This document shows, piece after piece, positions 1-10,020 of a stretch of DNA of 64,000 bases. The DNA lies in IMG/VR virus record IMGVR_UViG_3300011008_000004, positions 96,001 through 160,000 of that record; one strand, 5' to 3'. The number at the start of each line of letters is the position of its first letter. The stretch's first letter is position 1. The notes under the pieces are model-generated. The model made no database searches, was not told the DNA's origin, and saw nothing but the letters and a program-made list of their open reading frames with translations. The translations under genes were made by a program, and so were the position numbers. This stretch comes from a virus. Its lineage: Duplodnaviria; Caudoviricetes.

Positions 1-464
1 AATCTTTGTGGAAGTCCTTGTCCTAAAACAATAACAGAACCTATAAGTTGAGAATTCAAATCTGGAATATATTGAGTTAATAAAGCTTCACTATCTCTAA
101 TTCCTTTACCACTTTTATCCTCACCATTTATATAAATTTTAAGATCAGTCTTAAATTCTTTAGTATCTTTATATCTACAAATCTTATACTGATCATTGTC
201 TATATCAAAATATAACTCAACTATAGCACCATCATCACCATTATGATTTACTACATCTTTTACGCCACGAATAGTTGTTCCAGTTAAAGCATAACTTATA
301 GCTTCCCAAATAGAACTTTTACCAGAACCATTAGATTGTGAATTATCTGTAGGATTATAATTTACACCTTTTACAATTGTGTAGCCTCTATTTGTTAAAT
401 CAATATCTGCATCTTTAAATGAAAAGAAGTTACTAAATTTAATTCTTTTAAAATTTATAATCAT
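1..464 (-). CDS. sbcC: SbcC/Rad50 (T4 gp46-like) ATPase, 5' part; runs off the window edge
   Basis: Manual translation MIINFKRIKFSNFFSFKDADIDL...SNGSGKSSIWEAISYALTG has a Walker A motif of the SMC/Rad50 type. Its ATG overlaps the TGA of the adjacent nuclease gene. Not in the ORF track. Confidence 0.85.
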   Translation of the reverse strand, partial: MIINFKRIKFSNFFSFKDADIDLTNRGYTIVKGVNYNPTDNSQSNGSGKSSIWEAISYALTGTTIRGVKDVVNHNGDDGAIVELYFDIDNDQYKICRYKDTKEFKTDLKIYINGEDKSGKGIRDSEALLTQYIPDLNSQLIGSVIVLGQGLPQR

Positions 465-1501
465 TTGCAAATCTCCATTAACTCAGATTCTAACACATTT
501 TCCGGATCTTCTATATTGTCATTACAGCACTTAATAAATTCGTTTATATGATCTACACTTTGTAACTCTTTAATATCGCTTGTAGGAACATCAGATGTAT
601 CATGAGACACACAAACTTTATACGTTATTATCTTATCATTAGCGTGTAAAATATCTCTAATGTCTTTTATTATGCTGTTTGGAGCCTTAACCGATACAGC
701 TGAATTATTACCTAACTTGTCTAAAACCTTATTTAATTCATCTAAAGTCTTTACTTCAAATTTATAAAATAGCCAAGCATATGGGTTATTTATAAATTCT
801 AATTCTAACGTATCTGTATCTAAAATCCAACCGCCATACTTATAGTTAAAAGCATCATTTGTAAAATTGAAGCAAGAATAACTTCCTAAATTTAATCCTT
901 TCTTAGAAAACCAACCACCATTATGTAGATGTCCATTTAAAAATAAATCACAGTTAGCATCTATTTCTTCAGTAGTAAAACCATCTTTAGAAATGAACCC
1001 GCCATACTGAATTCCTGCAATATCATTATGAGAAATTATAATATGTTTAGTTGCTTCTTTACTTTTAACTAAATATGTGTCTAATGGTTGTTTATCACTA
1101 TGTAGTATATAAGGTAAGAAATGGATCTGAGTATTTCCAGCCATTAAACTAAAACCTTGCATATCAATTACATTAGATGTTTCTGTTGCTAACATTTTAG
1201 TTACATTATATCTTAAACCACTATTTGCGCTTGACTCATGATTTCCTACTAAAAAATACTTTGGAAGACTATTCCATTTAACACTTTTTACTGCTGTTAT
1301 TTCTTTATCTGACACCGTGGCACTATTAAACATGTCACCAGCAACTATCATCACATCGCAATTATGACTAACTGCATAATCATTATAATAGTTAAGTCCT
1401 TTTATGCTTTGATCCAAATTAGCCGTATAAACTTCTCCAGCACCTGAAATTATACTTGTAGTTTCTGCAATATGAATATCACTTATAATTAAAGCTTTCA
1501 T
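461..1501 (-). CDS. sbcD: SbcD/Mre11 (T4 gp47-like) metallophosphoesterase nuclease
   Basis: Motifs SDIH, AGDMF, VGNHE, SH, NGHLH. Start placed at MKALII (1501) behind GAGG; adjacent to the SbcC-like gene. Confidence 0.85.
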   Translation of the reverse strand: MKALIISDIHIAETTSIISGAGEVYTANLDQSIKGLNYYNDYAVSHNCDVMIVAGDMFNSATVSDKEITAVKSVKWNSLPKYFLVGNHESSANSGLRYNVTKMLATETSNVIDMQGFSLMAGNTQIHFLPYILHSDKQPLDTYLVKSKEATKHIIISHNDIAGIQYGGFISKDGFTTEEIDANCDLFLNGHLHNGGWFSKKGLNLGSYSCFNFTNDAFNYKYGGWILDTDTLELEFINNPYAWLFYKFEVKTLDELNKVLDKLGNNSAVSVKAPNSIIKDIRDILHANDKIITYKVCVSHDTSDVPTSDIKELQSVDHINEFIKCCNDNIEDPENVLESELMEICK

Positions 1502-1520
1502 AAAAACCTCTTTATAAAAT

Positions 1521-1549
1521 ATTATACATAAACACAAAACAAAAGTCAA
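1521..1549 (-). promoter_or_regulatory. sigma70/sigmaA-type promoter
   Basis: TTGACT-17 nt-TATAAT upstream of the sbcD-like gene; the -35 box overlaps the terminator hairpin at 1541-1569. Confidence 0.75.
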
Positions 1550-1569
1550 TCATAAATGATTGACTTTTT
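1541..1569. terminator. Intrinsic terminator hairpin (possibly bidirectional)
   Basis: AAAAGTCAATCAT-AA-ATGATTGACTTTT inverted repeat just after the MT-A70 stop codon. Confidence 0.7.
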
Positions 1570-1575
1570 ATCTTA

Positions 1576-2130
1576 TCATATATCTTTAGGAGATTGGTCT
1601 CCCCATCTATCCCAACCATCTACAGCTTGTCTCGCAAATAATTCTATCTTTTTAGATTTAGGAAACATATTACAAATTCTATCTCTAATCTCAGCTGGTT
1701 TAGTTGAATGTGAAGAAATCTTTTGACTTATAAACTGTTTAGTTCCAGGATTTCTAACTCTATCACTTGGAATCTTTCCTTTCTTAAATATTAAACACAT
1801 TTCACATTGTGGCATTGTATAATTTCCAACATTTGCGCGTTCTTTATACCATACAAATCCAACTGTAACGTATTTAAATCCCCAACTTTCACCAACCTCT
1901 ATGCATCTTTTAAGTTCTGCACTTACTACCCACATAAACATTAAGCAATCATCATCAGCTATTTTAGAAACATGTTCTCCAAAATAAGTTAATTCATTGA
2001 ATGTCATTGTGCGATAATATTCATTAGCTGGTCGCCACTTTGTCCCACCTGAACCGCCATATTGCCACGGCGGATCTACATATATAATTTGATACTTATT
2101 TTCTGTATTGTAAATGTCTATATTAGCCAT
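1576..2130 (-). CDS. MT-A70-family adenine methyltransferase
   Basis: YQIIYVDPPW motif, LFMWV, WGFKY, HSTKP, IELFARQ..GWDRWG. Confidence 0.85.
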   Translation of the reverse strand: MANIDIYNTENKYQIIYVDPPWQYGGSGGTKWRPANEYYRTMTFNELTYFGEHVSKIADDDCLMFMWVVSAELKRCIEVGESWGFKYVTVGFVWYKERANVGNYTMPQCEMCLIFKKGKIPSDRVRNPGTKQFISQKISSHSTKPAEIRDRICNMFPKSKKIELFARQAVDGWDRWGDQSPKDI

Positions 2131-2138
2131 ACTACCTC

Positions 2139-2981
2139 TTACACTAATTTAAGCATTAGATAACTTAATGCATATTGATCACTTATAGTACCTTCAACTA
2201 TACCAAAACTTAAATCTTTACAAATTTTCATTATATTTGCATAACTGTTATCTTTAGTATCTATAAGTTTTTTCTTTGATAAATTATACAAACTAAAAAG
2301 TATAGTCATCGATGATTCATTTAATTTTAATCTATTCTTAAATACTTTATTTATAGATGCTGGACATTTCTTATTATTTATAATGTCATTTAATAACGTA
2401 TACATATTTATTTGTCTATAATCAGAAAAACCATTTTCTAACATATAAGACATTACAACATTTGAACTACTTTGTTCTAATGTAAATATTTTATCAATTT
2501 CATTTAAACATTCACCTAAATCACAATTGCAATAATCTATTAAAGTTAAAAGTTTGTCTTGATCTACAGATACACTATTTTCTTCACACTTCTTTAATAA
2601 ATACTTTAATATCGTGTAATTATCTAACTTTGGAAATGTTATAAAATAATCTTTATACTTTTTATATGTATCAGATTTCTTATCAAATTCACTATATCTT
2701 AAAATTATACGTTTATTAGTTTTAACTAATTCATCAACATAATTAGAATTCTTACAAACATTCTCATCATTCATAACTACATATATGACATCTTCTTTCA
2801 TATTATTATGAATATCATATAAAACATTATCAACACTATCATAATATTTTAAAGGTCTACTGACAGTATTTGAAATATTAGTTATATATTGTTTCGCTAA
2901 CGCTTGTTCATCTTCTATAAATATTAAAAAGTTAGGAATATTATTAGTCAATACAGCAGCTTTAAGAGCTTTTATTTCCAT
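2139..2981 (-). CDS. Clamp-loader delta (HolA-like) subunit
   Basis: Size and a degenerate AAA+-like architecture (LIDYCNCDLGECLNEIDK); lies next to the dnaX-like gene. Confidence 0.55.
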   Translation of the reverse strand: MEIKALKAAVLTNNIPNFLIFIEDEQALAKQYITNISNTVSRPLKYYDSVDNVLYDIHNNMKEDVIYVVMNDENVCKNSNYVDELVKTNKRIILRYSEFDKKSDTYKKYKDYFITFPKLDNYTILKYLLKKCEENSVSVDQDKLLTLIDYCNCDLGECLNEIDKIFTLEQSSSNVVMSYMLENGFSDYRQINMYTLLNDIINNKKCPASINKVFKNRLKLNESSMTILFSLYNLSKKKLIDTKDNSYANIMKICKDLSFGIVEGTISDQYALSYLMLKLV

Positions 2982-3283
2982 TAGTTAAAAGCCCTCCAAA
3001 TATTCATTACATAATCATCTATAATCATAGTTTTTATAGCTGGCTTATCTAATTCATACATTTTCTTACAATCATCACTAGCTACTAAAATTCTACAAGC
3101 TCTCAATGTGTCCATTTTATTTTCTTTCAATAAATCATTCACATATAAAACTACTTCATTTAAAAAATCTAATAATTTATAATATTCTGGATTGTCTAAT
3201 TTTGAAGCTATATTCAATGAATTAGCTAATGAAGCTCTTGACATATTATCTATTACATACTTTGCAAATTCTTTTACGTCCAT
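2981..3283 (-). CDS. Hypothetical protein in the clamp-loader operon
   Basis: 100-aa ORF tightly coupled to both neighbours. Confidence 0.6.
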   Translation of the reverse strand: MDVKEFAKYVIDNMSRASLANSLNIASKLDNPEYYKLLDFLNEVVLYVNDLLKENKMDTLRACRILVASDDCKKMYELDKPAIKTMIIDDYVMNIWRAFN

Positions 3284-3285
3284 AA

Positions 3286-4296
3286 TTAATCCTCATTAGT
3301 CATTTCTAAAAGAATCATTCTAATAAATACTTCAGCATTACTAGAAGTTACATTCTTTCTACATTCAAACAATCTTGTAGCAAACTTAGTTAAAAATTCT
3401 AACTTATCTTTATAAAGTTTATCTTCATAACTACGTGGAATATTTACACAATTTATGCTATAAGTTTTATCATATATTGCATACTCTATAACAAACGATA
3501 ACAGTGAATCATAAACTTGAACTAAATCATTACTTATAGATTTTAACTGTTCTAATTCATTTAAACTTTTTGTTATATCTTTATTTAATAAATTATTAAC
3601 TATTTCTAATAAAGATGCTTCTTTAACTAAACCTAAAACCTTTTCAATGCTATCTAAAGTTAAATCATTCGAATAATCTAAACATTTATCTAAATCAGTT
3701 ATAGCATCTCTCATATAACCATCAGCTTTAATCGCTATTCTATCTAAAGCTTCTCTTTCATACTTACTATGAGTTATTTCATTACAAATATATTCTAACT
3801 TATCAGCTATTGTTTTAGTATCAATTCTCTTAAAATCAAACCTTTGAACTCTTGATAAAATAGTTCCAGGAATTTTATCAGGATTTGTAGTACATAAAAT
3901 AAATACTGCATGTTTAGGCGGTTCTTCCAACAGCTTTAATGCTGCATTCCACGCAGCGCTTGTCATCATGTGACATTCATCTATGACATAAACTTTATAC
4001 TTACAATCAATCGCCATTTGTTGCGAATCTGAAATTAAAGTTCTAATGCAATCTACGCCATTGTTAGATGCAGCATCAATCTCTATAACATGACCTTCAT
4101 TATCATTCAAACTGTTTGCAAAAACTCTAGCTGTAGTTGTTTTACCACAACCATGAGCTCCACAAAATAAATATGCATGTTTTATCTTCTTAGTCGCTGT
4201 TTGTCTAGATAATATACTAACTATAGATTCTTGACCAACAATTTCTGCAAATGATTTAGGTCTTAATAATGTTGCTAATGTATCGTTACTCATCAA
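3286..4296 (-). CDS. dnaX: DNA polymerase III gamma/tau-like clamp-loader ATPase
   Basis: LRPKSFAEIVGQE, GAHGCGKTT, EIDAASNNGVD, VIDECHM, LKLLEEPP, TILSRVQRF, GYMRDA. Confidence 0.92.
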   Translation of the reverse strand: MMSNDTLATLLRPKSFAEIVGQESIVSILSRQTATKKIKHAYLFCGAHGCGKTTTARVFANSLNDNEGHVIEIDAASNNGVDCIRTLISDSQQMAIDCKYKVYVIDECHMMTSAAWNAALKLLEEPPKHAVFILCTTNPDKIPGTILSRVQRFDFKRIDTKTIADKLEYICNEITHSKYEREALDRIAIKADGYMRDAITDLDKCLDYSNDLTLDSIEKVLGLVKEASLLEIVNNLLNKDITKSLNELEQLKSISNDLVQVYDSLLSFVIEYAIYDKTYSINCVNIPRSYEDKLYKDKLEFLTKFATRLFECRKNVTSSNAEVFIRMILLEMTNED

Positions 4297-4320
4297 TTAC
4301 CTCTGATTTATTTTACAAAA

Positions 4321-4680
4321 TCATTTTGTTATTGTTACACATTTTTTAATAATCCAACCAGTCCAGTTATTGCTTGTAGAGTCATACAAGTCAACTAGAA
4401 GCATCTTCTCAGTTTCCTTTAATATCTTACCATACATCACTAAACTTGGGGGTGGATTACCTCCATTCCATTGTTTATGAAAATCGAATGAAGGCGATGG
4501 ATGTATAAACCAGTCTACAAACTCAAACTTAGTATCTAAAACTGGCTTATCATCTCTATTATATTGTTTCATAAATACAATTTCTTTAAAATCATTTGGA
4601 ATAGTGGTTGATACTTTTCCATCAACTTTAAATTCTAAATTAGTACACTTTTGAAGTTGTTCTTTTAATATATCATTCAT
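4321..4680 (-). CDS. Hypothetical protein
   Basis: 119-aa ORF overlapping the HD-domain gene stop. Confidence 0.6.
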   Translation of the reverse strand: MNDILKEQLQKCTNLEFKVDGKVSTTIPNDFKEIVFMKQYNRDDKPVLDTKFEFVDWFIHPSPSFDFHKQWNGGNPPPSLVMYGKILKETEKMLLVDLYDSTSNNWTGWIIKKCVTITK

Positions 4681-5296
4681 TCTTCAATATTTTACTCTCA
4701 TCAAATGCAGTTGCTTGCATATCACTTTGTGCAAGTAATAACGCTAATGGGCATCTTTCATATGCTGTTAAAACATTCTTAGGCGTAAATACATCTGTCG
4801 ATACATCTATGCCATTCATGTGATACAATACTGCAATTTCTTCCTCATAAGTAAGATTAATAAATTGCTTTATCATATAAACTGAATTCTCTGAATGACT
4901 ACCATAAAACAATCTTTCTTCATCAGGTTTAACACCGTAATAATCTACTTTTATCCAATTACCATCTTCATCTTTAGTGTTTCTCTGTTCAAGACTATAA
5001 AAATTTACTTTAGATAAATCATGAAGTAGTGATACTAAAGCAATTGTTTCTTGAGAATATGGACTATGTTCTAAATCACCGTATTCATATTTAATCATTC
5101 TAATAAGTCTATTAAACACATTTAAACTATGTTGAACTAAACCACCTTTTTCATTTAAATGAAATTTAGTACTAGCTGGGGCTTCTTTCATATCAGATTT
5201 ATCTAACCAAGCTAATAATTTATCTATACCTGGTCTGTTAACATATTTAGATAAATAGTTCTTAAATTTCGTATAATTATTTTCAAAATCTATCAT
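4673..5296 (-). CDS. HD-domain phosphohydrolase
   Basis: APASTKFH, GGLVQHSLNV, LLHDLSK, H...YHM, SD motifs. Confidence 0.85.
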   Translation of the reverse strand: MIDFENNYTKFKNYLSKYVNRPGIDKLLAWLDKSDMKEAPASTKFHLNEKGGLVQHSLNVFNRLIRMIKYEYGDLEHSPYSQETIALVSLLHDLSKVNFYSLEQRNTKDEDGNWIKVDYYGVKPDEERLFYGSHSENSVYMIKQFINLTYEEEIAVLYHMNGIDVSTDVFTPKNVLTAYERCPLALLLAQSDMQATAFDESKILKNE

Positions 5297-5307
5297 AATA
5301 ACCTCTT

Positions 5308-5652
5308 TTATAAACTAAGCATTTTAGTTTTAATTTTTCTACGTTTAACTAATGTTCTCTTATATAAAGCTCTATCATTTGCAGTAATATTATTTACACC
5401 AGTATGCAAGCCACTTCTAGTTGCATTGAATATAGTCTTCCAATTAGGAACTACATTATACTTCACACAACATTCACTAACATTAAATCTTTGTGCAAGA
5501 GCTTGAACTGATAAACCTTTACTATAAAGTTTTAACATCTTCTTACGATCCTTATCAGTTAAAACTCTCTTTCTGTCATAATTAGTACCTTGAATCTTTA
5601 CAATTTTATCAATAACTGTATTACTTAACTTTAAAACTTGTCGTCTTTTCAT
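5308..5652 (-). CDS. Basic helix-turn-helix DNA-binding protein
   Basis: GLSVQALAQRFNVSECCV HTH pattern; preceded by its own sigma70-type promoter. Confidence 0.65.
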   Translation of the reverse strand: MKRRQVLKLSNTVIDKIVKIQGTNYDRKRVLTDKDRKKMLKLYSKGLSVQALAQRFNVSECCVKYNVVPNWKTIFNATRSGLHTGVNNITANDRALYKRTLVKRRKIKTKMLSL

Positions 5653-5670
5653 ATCTTTTACCTCTAATCC

Positions 5671-5700
5671 ATAATATCATACCCCAAACAAATATGTCAA
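5671..5700 (-). promoter_or_regulatory. sigma70-type promoter with extended -10
   Basis: TTGACA-18 nt-TATTAT, with TG at the extended position. Confidence 0.6.
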
Positions 5701-5841
5701 TTACTTCTCATCTTTCTTTTCATCTGTTATAGTTATGGGTGTACTATTATCGTAGTAATTTTTATCATAACTATTATTCACATCAATAGCGAATAATGCG
5801 ATAAATACAGTTAAAACTACCATTAAAATATATCTAATCAT
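5701..5841 (-). CDS. Small single-pass membrane/secreted protein (46 aa)
   Basis: MIRYILMVVLTVFIALFAIDVNN... with a GAGG RBS; below the ORF-track length cut-off. Confidence 0.55.
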   Translation of the reverse strand: MIRYILMVVLTVFIALFAIDVNNSYDKNYYDNSTPITITDEKKDEK

Positions 5842-5867
5842 CTTATTTTACCTCTTAAAAATATACA

Positions 5868-5900
5868 AAAAGAGAATTCCTCATTTGAAGAATTCTCTTT
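5868..5900 (-). terminator. Intrinsic terminator
   Basis: AAAGAGAATTC...GAATTCTCTTT inverted repeat with a U-tract on the minus strand. Confidence 0.7.
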
Positions 5901-5906
5901 AAATTT

Positions 5907-6296
5907 TTACTTATTATTTAAATATTCTAATAATTCTTTAAACAAATATTCATCTATAATATAATGATTTTCATTATAAGGTGCATCCGGTCCAAAATTA
6001 AAAACAACCGCTTGATGCTCTTTATTGCAAAATATCATTTCATTACGATTCTTTTCAAACCATTCTCTCTTTATAGATATTGAATCCGAATTAGAAGTTT
6101 TTGTTTTGCATTCTATTAAAAAGCTTTCAGCGCCCTTTGTTGTAACATCACCTTTGCCGGAAAACATTGTGGCTCCCGAATTTGCAGTAGTTCTACCACC
6201 TACAGTTTTAGCTACATAATCTTCTTGTCTTTTAGAATAATATCTAGTAGGCTTCTTCTCGTCTTTAAATGAATATTTTTCAAACTTTCCAGCCAT
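5907..6296 (-). CDS. PD-(D/E)XK nuclease, Holliday-junction-resolvase-like
   Basis: NSGAT..KGDV...FLIECKT motif; directly downstream of recA. Confidence 0.7.
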   Translation of the reverse strand: MAGKFEKYSFKDEKKPTRYYSKRQEDYVAKTVGGRTTANSGATMFSGKGDVTTKGAESFLIECKTKTSNSDSISIKREWFEKNRNEMIFCNKEHQAVVFNFGPDAPYNENHYIIDEYLFKELLEYLNNK

Positions 6297-6299
6297 TAA

Positions 6300-7595
6300 T
6301 TATTCTGACTCCCTAGAAACCATAACAGCCGTTTCTTCATCCATTACAGTTATCCTTTCTTGCTTATTAATTTCTTCAGCTTCTTTTAAGGTTAAAGATA
6401 CACCTTGGTCTTCTTTTTGAATAGCTGCAGCAGTTTCTGCATCTAACAAGTTGCCAGAGAATTCAGATGAAGAAGATAACTTTTCATTTAACGCTAATGT
6501 ATACTTTTCAGTAAATTCTTTATGAGATTTGAAATATTGATATAAATCATCTTTCTTACCACGTAAATCATTACCATTTTCATCTTTCATTAATAGTTTA
6601 GTGTTAGGATCTAAAACTTCATACGTTACATTATTAAGTCTATTTATCATGTTAAACTTAGTGGCAATATTGAACATATCTTTAGTCACGTCCATATACG
6701 CTTGTTTACCTGTTTCATCAAACATATAAGTAATAAAACCACCACCACGAGTCGTAGGAGCTGTTTTATTTTTTAAGAAACTAAACTGAATTCTATAACC
6801 TGATGCGCCTTGTCCAGTTGCTGCATTCTTTTCTTGACCGGCTTTAGTAGAATTAGCTAATTCTTCACCATTTTCATCTAAGAATTTTCTCTTACCAAAT
6901 CTAATTCTCACACTTGCGTAGAACTTTATAGCATCACCACAAGGTTCATCTAAAATATCAGCGCCTGTAAACGTCTTACCTTTAATTCTAGTTTGGTTGA
7001 TAAGCATTAAATCAATGTCATTAGCTGCAATAGTAGGAATCATTTCACGTTGCCACTTATATAAGAACTTAGCGAGTGTTCCTCTCATACCATTGTCTTT
7101 TTCAAACTCATTTTCATAGTCAATAGAAGGAACTAATGCAGGAATAGAATCCACTATAATTAACGATATATCTGAAATACTATTAGCCATATCTAAAAGT
7201 GTACCTAAAACTAATTCACCAGATTCACCAACATCAGGTCTATATAAATAAACTTTGTCTGGATCAAAATTATTAGCTTTAGCATGATACTCAACATCGT
7301 ATGTGCTTTCAATATCTGCATATAAAATAGACTTATCTGGGAAATTTCTTTGATAGTCTGCAATTATAGCGCTTACACCAGATGTTTTTCCGGTGGAGTT
7401 TAAACCTGATACCTCTATAATTCTACCTTTATGTGGAATACCACCCCAAGTAGGATAAGCAATTCCAGGACATAAACTTTTAATTCTAGTATATTGCGGA
7501 ATTAAACTTGATTTTTGTAAAATATTTTCATTTTTTCTTGTTTTTGCAAATTGTTTAGCATAATCTGCAAATGTCATTTTAACTTTTTCAGCCAT
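6300..7595 (-). CDS. recA: RecA/UvsX-like recombinase
   Basis: GGIPHKGRIIEVSGLNSTGKT, IIVDSIPAL, INQTR, GDAIKFYASVR, KNKTAP. Start at MAEKV behind GGAG. Confidence 0.92.
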   Translation of the reverse strand: MAEKVKMTFADYAKQFAKTRKNENILQKSSLIPQYTRIKSLCPGIAYPTWGGIPHKGRIIEVSGLNSTGKTSGVSAIIADYQRNFPDKSILYADIESTYDVEYHAKANNFDPDKVYLYRPDVGESGELVLGTLLDMANSISDISLIIVDSIPALVPSIDYENEFEKDNGMRGTLAKFLYKWQREMIPTIAANDIDLMLINQTRIKGKTFTGADILDEPCGDAIKFYASVRIRFGKRKFLDENGEELANSTKAGQEKNAATGQGASGYRIQFSFLKNKTAPTTRGGGFITYMFDETGKQAYMDVTKDMFNIATKFNMINRLNNVTYEVLDPNTKLLMKDENGNDLRGKKDDLYQYFKSHKEFTEKYTLALNEKLSSSSEFSGNLLDAETAAAIQKEDQGVSLTLKEAEEINKQERITVMDEETAVMVSRESE

Positions 7596-7603
7596 ATATC
7601 TCC

Positions 7604-8107
7604 TCACTGATCTTCATAATTATCAGTTAACTTTCTATCGCTTGCTCTAGAAATTAGAATACTCTTTAAAGAATCTACAACTCTATGAGCTTCATCTAAC
7701 TTTGTTTTTATTTGACTTGCTATTAATTTGTACAACTTAGCTACAGCTTTATCCTTACTCGCAGATAAAATTGCGGTATTTTTTCTTTGTTCGTTATTAC
7801 CTTCAGCTGTATTAAATGCATCTGCCTGTGTTTCATCTTGAACAATTTCAGCTATTTCAGATGCTATATTAGTTTTATCTTTTATATCGCCTAAATCATA
7901 AGCTTTTAAAGATAATTGTAATTCAGCTCGTCTAATATCTTCATTAGTCAGTTCGTTTATATTATCATTTAAATATTTTATAAGTTCATCTATAGATTTA
8001 GTGTAGCCTTTAACAATATCTTTCGCTTGTGAATTTAAACTATTATATATTGTTTGAATATCACTCATACCGGTAGATAAATCATTACTTAAATTGTTTA
8101 TATCCAT
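7604..8107 (-). CDS. Helical hypothetical protein, possible recombination mediator
   Basis: 167-aa coiled-coil-like ORF directly upstream of recA; the function is inferred only from position. Confidence 0.5.
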   Translation of the reverse strand: MDINNLSNDLSTGMSDIQTIYNSLNSQAKDIVKGYTKSIDELIKYLNDNINELTNEDIRRAELQLSLKAYDLGDIKDKTNIASEIAEIVQDETQADAFNTAEGNNEQRKNTAILSASKDKAVAKLYKLIASQIKTKLDEAHRVVDSLKSILISRASDRKLTDNYEDQ

Positions 8108-8164
8108 AAACTCCTCTCAAAATATCATTTTACTTATATATTTATACAAAAAATGATAAAATAA

Positions 8165-8192
8165 AAGCACTAAGAAATTAATCTTAGTGCTT
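8165..8192 (-). terminator. Intrinsic terminator
   Basis: AAGCACTAAGA-AATTAA-TCTTAGTGCTT hairpin. Confidence 0.7.
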
Positions 8193-8211
8193 AAAATTTA
8201 ATTACATTTAA

Positions 8212-8814
8212 TTACTTTATAACTTCATAAACATCTTCATCTGCATAGGCTTCAAACCACTTATGCGCATAACTCCCTTCATATACTACGGCTCTTAAAC
8301 TAGTTACATCTTCAAAAGCATCACCGTCTATAAACTTAACACTTCTAGGAATAGCTATTTTATCACCAAGATCACAATAAGCAAATGCGCCTTGTTCTAT
8401 ACGCTCTACACCTTCATCTATAATAATGGTTTTTAACGATTCACATCCACTAAAAGCATAAGACCCGATAATTTTCACAGTGCCAGGTATATGTACTTTT
8501 TCTAAGTTTTCACACATCCAAAAACAACCCCAACCTATCTCAGTTATGTTTTCAGGAAATGTTCCTACCTCACCTAGCATCTTATCATTGTAATAATAGT
8601 ATTGAGGTAACGATGTTATATGAGACATTACATCTATATCTGCTTTATTTAATATATTCACCAATGCTTGCATAAAGTGTGCCTGCATTTCTTCATCAAC
8701 TTCATCAGTAAATGATACAACATTTTCAAATAGTTTATCGAAATTATTAGCGTTTAAAGCTTTTATATTTTCTTCATCACTTAAAAATTTATCAACTATA
8801 TCATATATAATCAT
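8212..8814 (-). CDS. BspA-type leucine-rich-repeat (LRR_5) protein
   Basis: Repeats IPGTVKIIGSYAFSGCESL, IDEGVERIEQGAFAYC, IPRSVKFIDGDAF. Confidence 0.85.
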   Translation of the reverse strand: MIIYDIVDKFLSDEENIKALNANNFDKLFENVVSFTDEVDEEMQAHFMQALVNILNKADIDVMSHITSLPQYYYYNDKMLGEVGTFPENITEIGWGCFWMCENLEKVHIPGTVKIIGSYAFSGCESLKTIIIDEGVERIEQGAFAYCDLGDKIAIPRSVKFIDGDAFEDVTSLRAVVYEGSYAHKWFEAYADEDVYEVIK

Positions 8815-9428
8815 ACTTCAAAATTCCCATCAGAGCAATGTATCGTAATTTTGTGTGACTTACCTGTAAACATAGTACCAGATCTAAATAATCTTTCACA
8901 AGAATTGATAGTATTTTGTACATAAATATCTTTTAAATTATCGCAACCGTCAAATACATCACGTCCAATATATAATGAACCTTTACCAAAATATACACTA
9001 TTTAAATGAACACAGCGAGCGAATACACCTCTATACAAACCTAGTAAATTATCATCAAAATGTACTGTTCGTATATTATTACAACTAGAAAAAGCATAAT
9101 TCTCTATGTACTATAATTGACTGTCTTCTTCAAATCTAATATCTACAAACTTGCCTTTAGAAAAAGCCAAAGGACCGATATATCTTACTTTATTAGGAAT
9201 AAACAGATGATCAATAGATGTATCTTCCATATATTTTCCAGGAATTTCAAGTAAATTATTTAATGGATTTAACCCAGCTTTTACTAATATTTCATTTATA
9301 TAAGAACCAGGTATCTACAAAGCCTATGCTTTATTAAATAAGTCTAAGAAATTACTATCATTTATTAGTGTTATATTAGCATTATCATTTAAAAAATCTT
9401 CTATCTTATAGCTTAATCTACTATCCAT
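8811..9428 (-). CDS. BspA-type LRR protein paralogue (205 aa, TAG=Gln)
   Basis: Open from ATG 9428 to TGA 8811 if TAGs at 9324, 9315 and 9111 are read through; IPNKVRYIGPLAF and IENYAFSSC repeats. Confidence 0.75.
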
Positions 9429-9487
9429 TATATAGTTCCTACATATTTTTTACTTTTAATTTAGCTAAATGTAAAAGAGACTGTTGA

Positions 9488-9973
9488 TTATTCAACAGTC
9501 TCTATCTTTTTCATATAGTCAAATATAATCTAATAATCTGACGTTAAAAATACTTTTTTAGCTTCTGATGGCACTTCAAAAACTTTAAACTATTCATCAT
9601 TAACCATTTTTACATTTATAGATTTATAACCAGATTCTTTAAGTCTTTTAACTTCTTCAATAGGAATAAAACACACTTTCTTATGATCTATAAACCATAG
9701 TACAACAAATGCACCGTAGCCTTTAGGTCCAATAGAATGAATCAAATCTTCATACTATCTTAATTTTGCAAAGTTAAAAGTATTTCCTTCTACACTCTTA
9801 CACTCAATAGCCAAACCATATGGGTATTTATATACTAAGTAATCAGCTAATTGCGCAGATGAATGGCCATAACCATTTGTCAAGTCTCTTAATCTATAGA
9901 CGAATATGTCACCTAATCTTAAAAAATCTGCTTTCACCTATTGTTCAAATTCTTTTCCACGATTTGCGGCCAT
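9488..9973 (-). CDS. recU: RecU-like Holliday junction resolvase (161 aa, TAG=Gln)
   Basis: MAANRGKEFEQ..., ADYLVY..IECKS, LR[TAG]YEDL where RecU-family proteins have a conserved Gln. In-frame TAGs at 9938, 9755, 9590 and 9530. Confidence 0.8.
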
Positions 9974-10020
9974 TAAAATATTTCCTAACTATTATATAAA
10001 ATTTATATAATAATTTAGCC

